A stretch of 64,000 nt of DNA from Mizuhopecten yessoensis (taxonomy: Eukaryota): positions 242,144-306,143 of the forward strand of contig NW_018408683.1 in assembly GCF_002113885.1 (NCBI RefSeq), read 5' to 3'. How positions within the stretch are numbered: position 1 is the stretch's first letter; each line of letters starts with the position of its first letter. Below the pieces are notes generated by a model that did no database searches, was not told the origin of the DNA, and saw nothing but the letters and a program-made list of their open reading frames with translations. Made by a program: the position numbers and the translations under genes. Positions 52,401 to 61,400 of this stretch are shown here, piece by piece.

Positions 52401-55400
52401 CTTGTATTATTATGTAGATGGCTACTACATATTCACGGAATCATCAAATCGTCATGCCAATCAGAGGGCATTACTACAGAGCATCCTTGTGAGCCAGACT
52501 GGGCCTCATTGCTTGACATTCTGGTATCATTTGTATGGATCGAATATTGGAACCCTCAATCTGTATGTACAGACAGGGGCAACTCGTGGCTCCCCAGAAT
52601 GGACTCGTTCTGGTGAGCAAGGAAACCTCTGGAGGACATCAAATATAACCTTCACACCTACTGCTCCATTCAATGTGAGTACCAGGGTGAAATATGGTAA
52701 AGAAAGAGTAACATATCTGCTCCTTCAATGTAAGTGCTAACTTATAATGAAAACATTTAGCATCATCTCCAATCCATTCAATGTAGCATACATCATTTGC
52801 CTCCTGCTTGTGTATACATTGGAGATGCTTTGAGCCAAACTGTAAACATTTGCTAACTTTCCAAACCAAATAATTTAAGCAATTAACATTTACTACTTCT
52901 TCAATTTGAAAAAAATGTTATACCAAAATTTGGTTCCTCTATCAGTTTGACGTGGATTTTGAAAGTGAATTAATGAATTATTTTATTTCCATTTTAGCTC
53001 ATATTTGAGGGCGTCATGACAAATGGTTACCGTGGTGATATATCTATTGATGATGTATCTCTGACAAGTGGGACATGTTCAGGTACTGGTTCACTAGCAC
53101 AAACTATCGAATGTATTTCATCAAGTACAAGTTTGTAAACACAAAGTTTCTAGTGTGTTATATTAGGCACTGGTTCATAAACGCAATGTATCTAGTATGT
53201 CACATATATCTAATGTATCAAGTAGTATTTATCACAAACACAAAGTATCAAGTGTGTGACATCAGGTTCAGGTTCACTACACAAAATACAAGTACAACAA
53301 CAAGAACTGGTCCATAAACATAAAATATCTAGTGTGTTGGAGAGTTTATCTGCTTCTGGCTCATTGGCAATGAGTACATTCAGGTAAAAGCGTTTTCATA
53401 TCTAGTGATAAAATCAGATAAAACCTAGAAATGGTAAGGGAGATAATCATAAGCAATAAGGGAGATAATCATAAGCAATAAGGGAGATAATCATAAGCAA
53501 TAAAGGTTTCATTTGTTGAATCCATCTTTCATTGAATAATTTTTAATGAAATAAATTAATGTTTGTTAAAACGAGTGCTAATATATGCTAGTGCTTTAAT
53601 TGGTGTGAAGGGTCATCTGGGATGAGCGGAAGGACATGTGGTTTTGAGGACACTCATATCTGTGGATATACACAGGACCATTCTGATGTGTTTGACTGGA
53701 CAAGAAAATCAGGATCAACATCATCTACTGGCACCGGACCATCCAATGATCACACATATGGAACCAGTCAAGGTAAGGCATCTGATCCTTGAGTGAGTCC
53801 AATTACTGAACCAGTCGAGGTAAGCTTTCAGCCCTCTAGTGAGCCGAACTAAGAACCAGTCGAGGTAAGCTTTCAAACCCTCTAGTGAGCCGACCTAAGA
53901 ACCAGTCGAGGTAAGGTGTCAGATCCTTGAGTAAGTCCAATTACTGAATCAGTTGAGGAAAGCTTTCGAACCCTCTAGTGAGCTGACATAAGAACCAGTT
54001 ATGATAAGAAATCCTCTCGTGAGATGAACATGAACCAGTCTAGTTTAGTCACCAGACCCTATAGTGGGACAACATAGGAACCATTCAATATAAGGCACCA
54101 GACCCAACAGTGATCACACATAGAAACCATTCAATATAATGCATCAGGGCCCGTAATCATGAAACCGTTTTCATGCTCAGGCATGGATTCTGTGCTTAAA
54201 CCAGTATACTTGTAACTGGCTAAAATCAGACCTTCTGATGAGTCCACATATGGATTAGACAATGTAATCCATTAGACAAATACAGGACCAGTTAAGGTTA
54301 GGCATCAGATAATCCATACAAAGTAAGAAACCAGATTTTCTAATAACACATTGCTGTTTATAGGTGTGTAAAAGAAGTGCATTGATTAGGTTGCCTTACA
54401 AGCATCAGCTGTAGGGAATTTCCCTTTAGCTCAGCTGTAGAGCATCGGGCTGGAGAGTCGAGGGTTGCAGGTTCGAGGCCCAGCGACGGCACTATCTTTA
54501 TCACTATTTCTCGTCCTACTACAGGTGAATACTACTTGTAAGTTGTTGACTGTATGTAGCTACTTGTATATTGATGCTATACCTGGTTGATTGTAGGCCA
54601 TTATATGTACATTGAGGCATCACTGCCGCGGAAACTAGGCGACACAGCACGACTTATCTCGCCATCTTACACTGACAGCCAGGCCATGTGTGTCCAGTTC
54701 TACTACCATATGTATGGCAACAGTGCAGGGGCGCTCAACGTGTACATACAGGTAAGAGTAAGATCACTGTTGTTTTTACACCAACTGGTGTAAATGTATG
54801 TAGCCGAACTGGACTGGGTCGATTGCTGTTGTTTTTACACGTCGACAACCAGTAAGCTCAATTAGTTGAGCATCCATTTAGAATTTAGAGGGTGTTGGGT
54901 TCGTATCCCAGTCTGGCCATTGCATTTCTCTTCTCTTGTTACAAAATTTGCGAGCTTGCCAACACTTGTTTCAAGCGCTGGGTTAATACTTCACAAGGGG
55001 ACATCCAAATCTGGATTGTAGGTGATTCTGTCTTAGGGGACAAAGACTTAGAAAAAGGAGGGAGGAATGTAGCATAACTGGACTGGGTCAATTATTTGGT
55101 GATAAGGTAGCTCCATTTGACTAATATCATTGTTGTTTTACACACACGTTGCCATAGAACACTGTGGTATTATACAGACTTTAACATATTATATATTGAC
55201 TAATGTCACTGTTGTTTTTACACATCCTAATACATATATATCTTGACTAAGATACTCTGTTTTACACATTTTCGTGTTGATAAAGATCACATTGCTGAAG
55301 ATCACTATTATTTTGACACAGACTTATATGAATATATCACAAATGTTTTTAAAAATACTTCTGTATGTATATATAACATCACTGTTGTTTCCACACAGAC

Positions 55401-58400
55401 CAATGGACAGTTGGGAAGAGCTGGTTTTACCATGTCAAACAATGGAGGCAATAACTGGCACCTTGGGGAAATAACAGTCACATCTACAACAGCAAGTGCA
55501 GGTTACAAGGTAGCTTTTCAGTCATAAAACAGTTGTAGATGCATATTGCACACTCATATTTCACCAAAACGGCTGGTGTTTGACTCTGAGCTTGAGTGGG
55601 AAAAGGCAGTGGGTCACCTGCCCGACCACAGGACTTTTTCTCTGGGTACTTTGATTTCCTCCAACACTATTTTTCTACAGGCTTTCTTACAGGCCAGAAA
55701 GAGTACCAATGAATATTAAAAGTAAAAACTTGTTTCTTAATATTCCAGTCCCTTTTGGCATAAAGACCCGGTTTTTGTATCAATAACGAGGTACATAGGT
55801 ATCATTGCGACCTCTGTGGGAACTTAAGACGATTTATTATATTGAATTAGAAAATAACATGTAATATTTAGTTATTACTTGTAAGCTCACCTGGTACAAA
55901 AGACTAAGATGAGCATATTTAAGATCCAGGTGAGCAATACAGGCCCTGAATTTGAAATTCTATACGAACTTGGTAGATTGTTTTTGTGCTTATCAATGAA
56001 GCGTAAAATCTCAAACCAACTTAACAGGTTGTCTTTGAGGGAGTACGAGGACAAAATGCAAGAGGGGACATCGCTATTGATGACATCAAATTCAAAACCG
56101 GACGCTGTAACAACCCAGGTAAACAATATTTTAAGATGAAAAATGTTTTATATTACATGTATAAATTAAAAAATTGTTGTGTCTATATGTGACAATATAT
56201 AGAATAGCTGTCTTTCTATGTCGTTATATATAATTAGAGTGGTCTTTGATGCGACAGGTGTAATAGTTGTGTATGTATATGTTTTTGTGTAGAGTTTAAA
56301 ACTGTATGTATATGTGTTTTTGTAGAGTTTAAAACTATATGTATATGTTTTTGTGTAGAGTTTAAAACTGTATGTATATGTTTTTGTGTAGAGTTTAAAA
56401 CTGTATGTATATGTTTTTGTGTAGAGTTTAAAACTGTATGTATATGTTTTTGTGTAGAGTTTAAAACTGTATGTATATGTTTTTGTGTAGAGTTTAAAAC
56501 TGTATGTATATGTTTTTGTGTAGAGTTTAAAACTGTNTTTGTGTAGAGTTTAAAACTGTATGTATACGTTTTTGTGTAGAGTTTAAAACTGTATGTATAT
56601 GTTTTTGTGTAGAGTTTAAAACTGTATGTATATGTTTTTGTGTAGAGTTTAAAACTGTATGTATATGTTTTTGTGTAGAGTTTAAAACTGTATGTATATG
56701 TTTTTGTGTAGAGTTTAAAACTGTATGTATATGTTTTTGTGTAGAGTTTAAAACTGTATGTATATGTTTTTGTGTAGAGTTTAAAACTGTATGTATATGT
56801 TTTTGTGTACAGGAGAGTGTGACTTTGAGACAGGACTTTGTACCTGGGCCAACACACAGCAAGGAGATCAGTTTGATTGGACGATTCAACAGGGGCAAAC
56901 ATCGTCTGTGTCCACTGGTCCAAGTACTGACCACACAGTGGGGGACCCAACAGGTAACGACAGTGAGGGAGGGCTTTATACACTGTCTGTCTGTAGACAG
57001 AATCCTGTCTTGTTTACTCCCACTGTTCAGTCATCCAAATTTTTTGATACTTCACTGTTGTAGCTTAGACACTCTGAAATTGAGCATCTTTGCGTGTCAT
57101 TTTTTAATCTGGCAATTTTTTATGGGATTTGATACGCCTCTTTAACACCGTTATTCACCAAACCTTTTTCAACTGACGTCTAAAGTTTATTGAAACTCGA
57201 CTGATATAATTTGGCTCCACAATCTGAAGTTAAGCACTGAGCTTATGTTTTGGGTTTGGCTATTTTGATGGGATTTATTCCTGTTTTGTATAATCCTTAG
57301 GTAAAATTTCTTTAATCTTATTTACATATATGTTATTTCCAGAATATTGCTCTTCATGTTTTTAACACATTTTTATTAAACTTGCTACACATTATCATTA
57401 CTTAACAAATCTTTACCCAGTCCATTTCTTTATGTAAAGGTAATGCATACCCCTTTGGATGAAAGTACCGTGGTAATACACATCCTTTTGGTTTGAATAA
57501 TGTGATTTCCTTTGGCTACAAGTAATGTACTTTATATATAGTACAAGTTGTACAGATTCCTTTAGGTAGAAGTAATGCATACTCATTTTACTACAGTTAA
57601 TATGCATTCCTTAGAGCAAGTAATGTACATTCCTTTAGATAAGTGTAAAGCACACACGATTTTCATTCATATTTCATTGATCAACTAGTTAAACTCCAGT
57701 TTTTCTTCGTTATGAAATGATTTGAAGGGTGAAAGGAATAATGTGATATCTCCTAGTGCATTTATACTTGTATTATAGGTCACTACATGTACATAGAAAC
57801 ATCTGCACCGCGCTTGCAAGGGAACATTGCCTGGCTAGTGAGTGAGACTTTCCCACCAACGTCAGCATCTGGGCGCTGTATCTCTTTCTGGTACAACATG
57901 TATGGCCAGACCATTGACACACTCACAGTCCTTGTTAGGGCTCAAGGTCAGTTCAAAGTCAGGTTCAAGAGAAATATTTAGGCATGGCAAAATGTAACTT
58001 GATGTTCACTGTTATATGCCTATATTCCTCAGAATCAGACATTCAATGTGTTGAAGTAACTGGTCAGTATCAGGAGTAACGAGTCAATTTTGGTTTTAAG
58101 GTCTTGGAGGTCATTGGTCAAAATCAGGTTGGTATTGTCATAATCAAAGGTCACGCAATATCCTTAGTTTAGGTCACAGAGTGATTTGTAATGACGCTGT
58201 TAACAGGGGTTGCTGATCAGGCCATTTGGAGTCTGACTGGTAGCCAAGGACAACAGTGGATGTTTGCCAACGCCCCGATGAGCATGGCCAGTACAAGCTA
58301 CCAGATTGTTTTCCAGGGGCGCAGAGGGTCTGCTGTCACTGGTGATATCGCCATCGATGACATATCCTTCACAGAGTCCAGTTGTGGAGGTGAGCTTTAG

Positions 58401-61400
58401 ATAGTTAAAATATATCAAGATTGCATGATTGGTATGATAATGGAAATTTAGGATTCCTTGAATGCTGTGAAACCCTTTTATATGAACAATCCTGTTTTAA
58501 CAGAATTGATTACAATCAGTATAACAATGCCATTTCAAAATACCTATTCAAGATAAAAAAAAACCAACAATGTTTATAATATTCCTAATTTAGAACTTTG
58601 CTGCTTTCAAGAAAAGTGATGAAATTATATATCGGCTACCCCAGTTAATGTGTGTTGAGAGTTAAACCAATCCATACTCACCCTTTCTTAAGTCCTATAT
58701 GACCTTTTTCAGTTTCAGTTTGAAGTACAGTGTGTAGTATTTGGTTACTTATTTAACATCTAATGTTAGTGTTGTTTGGTTCAAAATGACTTTAATAATT
58801 ACAAAAACGAACACACCTAGTATCCCTGTGTTCATGTTTACGTTACGTTTCTTTAATAGTGAGACCAAGCCAGGCCCACCCTATCAACGGCCCTACAACC
58901 CTGCCCACTGCCAGTACAACACCCAGTGTCCAGGGCTCCTTCAACTGCAGCTTTGACACTAGCTTCTGTGGCTGGACCCAGGACCACACTGACAAGTTTG
59001 ATTGGACAAGACTACGGGGGCGGACTCAGAGTGTATCAACAGGCCCCAGCGCTGATCACACGAGTAAAAGTGAGTTGTCTTCTCGTAAAACAAGTTTTTT
59101 CTGTTGGCTGATTCTTCTATGACTTCTTTCATTTATTTCAGCAATTTAAAGCTTTTTTGCCTCAGTCTTAAATTATGAATTAGTTAAGACATGGGTTTAA
59201 GTTTTCTGAAATAGATGAACATGAAAATTTTCTGTAGTCTCGAAGGCTAAAAAAGTCAGACTGGCCAATGCCATTTGATTATCTGGAAAAACTTTTGGAT
59301 TAAGTGGATTTTTTAGATTTTACTCCTAGGTAAGGAAATAATAGGTAAATACTAAAATGTAGTGTTCATGTTTTCAAATGTTAACTTGGATATTGCTTAT
59401 ATCAGTATAGTGCAAAATTAACGGTTTTAAATTTGAAAATATTGTTTTTAAAAATTAGATATTTTTGCTGAGATTGAAGGCTAATGTGTAGCTCCTTTGA
59501 TAGGGGGCTATTATGTGTACACGGAGGCGTCTACTCCCAGAGTCCGTGGTGACAAAGCCCGACTGATCAGTCCTGATGTAACAGTCACTGGTACACAAAC
59601 CAAGTGTCTCACCTTTTGGTACTTCATGATGGGACGGAATGTGGCCCAGCTCAATGTCTATGCCAAGAGTGGTCTCGCACTACCCACTACCCCAGTCTGG
59701 AGGCGAAGTGGTAGCCAGGGCAACCAATGGTTGAAGGCTCAGGTTGACCTTACTGCCAAATCTGTCTTCAATGTAAGCATTGACATTAGGTTTCACTTTT
59801 TTTAATATTTTTAATAAAAATATACTTTGCGCATATCCCCTTGTAAAGACACATTTCTTGATTATATTATAATCCATAGACTATGATATCACATCATGTA
59901 TGTGAATCACTTCACTTTCTGTTATTTCATTTTCTTCTGAACACTTGGCTGCTTTTGCATAAAGCCAGAAAATATTCTATGAATGCACCACTTTGGCTTG
60001 ACGTGGAATTTTCTGTCAAATAAATATAAAAATAACCCAAGAGTTATGTACGCTTTATTCCCATATACTAAATGATAACATTTCTTCAAATATGTATATA
60101 TGTTGATCTTAATCTATGTAGAAATACTACAAACTAAGAATATTCAGCTGATGAGTTTAGCCCGGCATGGTGCTGTACCACTGGATTTAAATGAGTCACA
60201 TTGTATTTACAAGAAATTAGACTGATCAGGGAATGGGATCAACAAACACTAACATTGTTACGACGATGTAACTTTCTTTTTGTGAAGTTGTTCATGTTGT
60301 AGTTACTCTGGGTGAATTGCAAACACTTGTGTCAAGGTTTTATTATCCTGTTGTTATTTGTATGTTTATACAGATACATGTGGTGTAGGTGGTGTTGGAG
60401 AGTACGTGTGAGGTTGCCTATTGTAATGTTTATATCCAATGACCTGTCTGTTGAAGGTGGTGTTTGAGAGTACGTGTGAGGTTGCCTATTGTAATGTTTA
60501 TATCCACTGACCTGTCTGTTGTAGGTGGTGTTGGAGAGTACGTGTGAGGTTGCCTATTGTAATGTTCATATCCACTGACCTGTCTGTTGTAGGTGGTGTT
60601 TGAGAGTACATGTGAGGTTGCCTATTGTAATGTTTATATCCACTGACCTGTCTGTTGTAGGTGGTGTTTGAGAGTATGATAGGTGGTGCCTATGGTGATA
60701 TAGCTGTGGATGATGTGGGCATCTCTGATGGCAGTTGCACACAAGGTAGGTATTGAGACAGGTCACATTGATTCAGCTGATCCCGCGTTACATTTATCCG
60801 TATTATCACTGACCCTTTATATACTGATCCCTCAGAGTAATGATTGATATTGTTTTGACAGGCCCTGTTGCAATGTCATGTGATTTTGAGAGCACTACAG
60901 TGTGTGGATTTCAACAAGACCATACTGACCAATTTGATTGGACAAGGGGGAGTGGCTCGACTGGCTCAAGGGGAACTGGACCAAGCAATGACCACACCTA
61001 TGGAACATCCAGAGGTCGGTGTGCCATGTATAGGCCACCTACATAATGTTACGAAAAAATCCAAAAACACTTATAAACTGTGATAGATAGTATATATGGC
61101 AATTGTTTCGTTAAAAAGGAAATTATTTGTAATTGATGTTAATGATCATTGTAGTATATAAGTTTAATTGTATACAAATATAATTGTTGTAGCATATAGG
61201 TTATATATGTAGCTACATGTTTTAATCCTACCAGAAATAATTTGTCATTGTTTACTTACATTACCAACAAATTTAAATGTTCACTTCTTCTCTGATAGGA
61301 CATTACATGTTCACGGAGGCAAGTGGGCGTCATCCAGGAAACAAGGCCCGCTTAATCAGCCCCATCTACAAAGGTCCTAGTACACCCATGTGTCTCAAGT

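Noticed and set aside
56234-56983. 249-aa and 135-aa minus-strand ORFs with 11-aa repeats
   Set aside because: These are read-throughs of the 33-bp VNTR, antisense to a real MAM exon.
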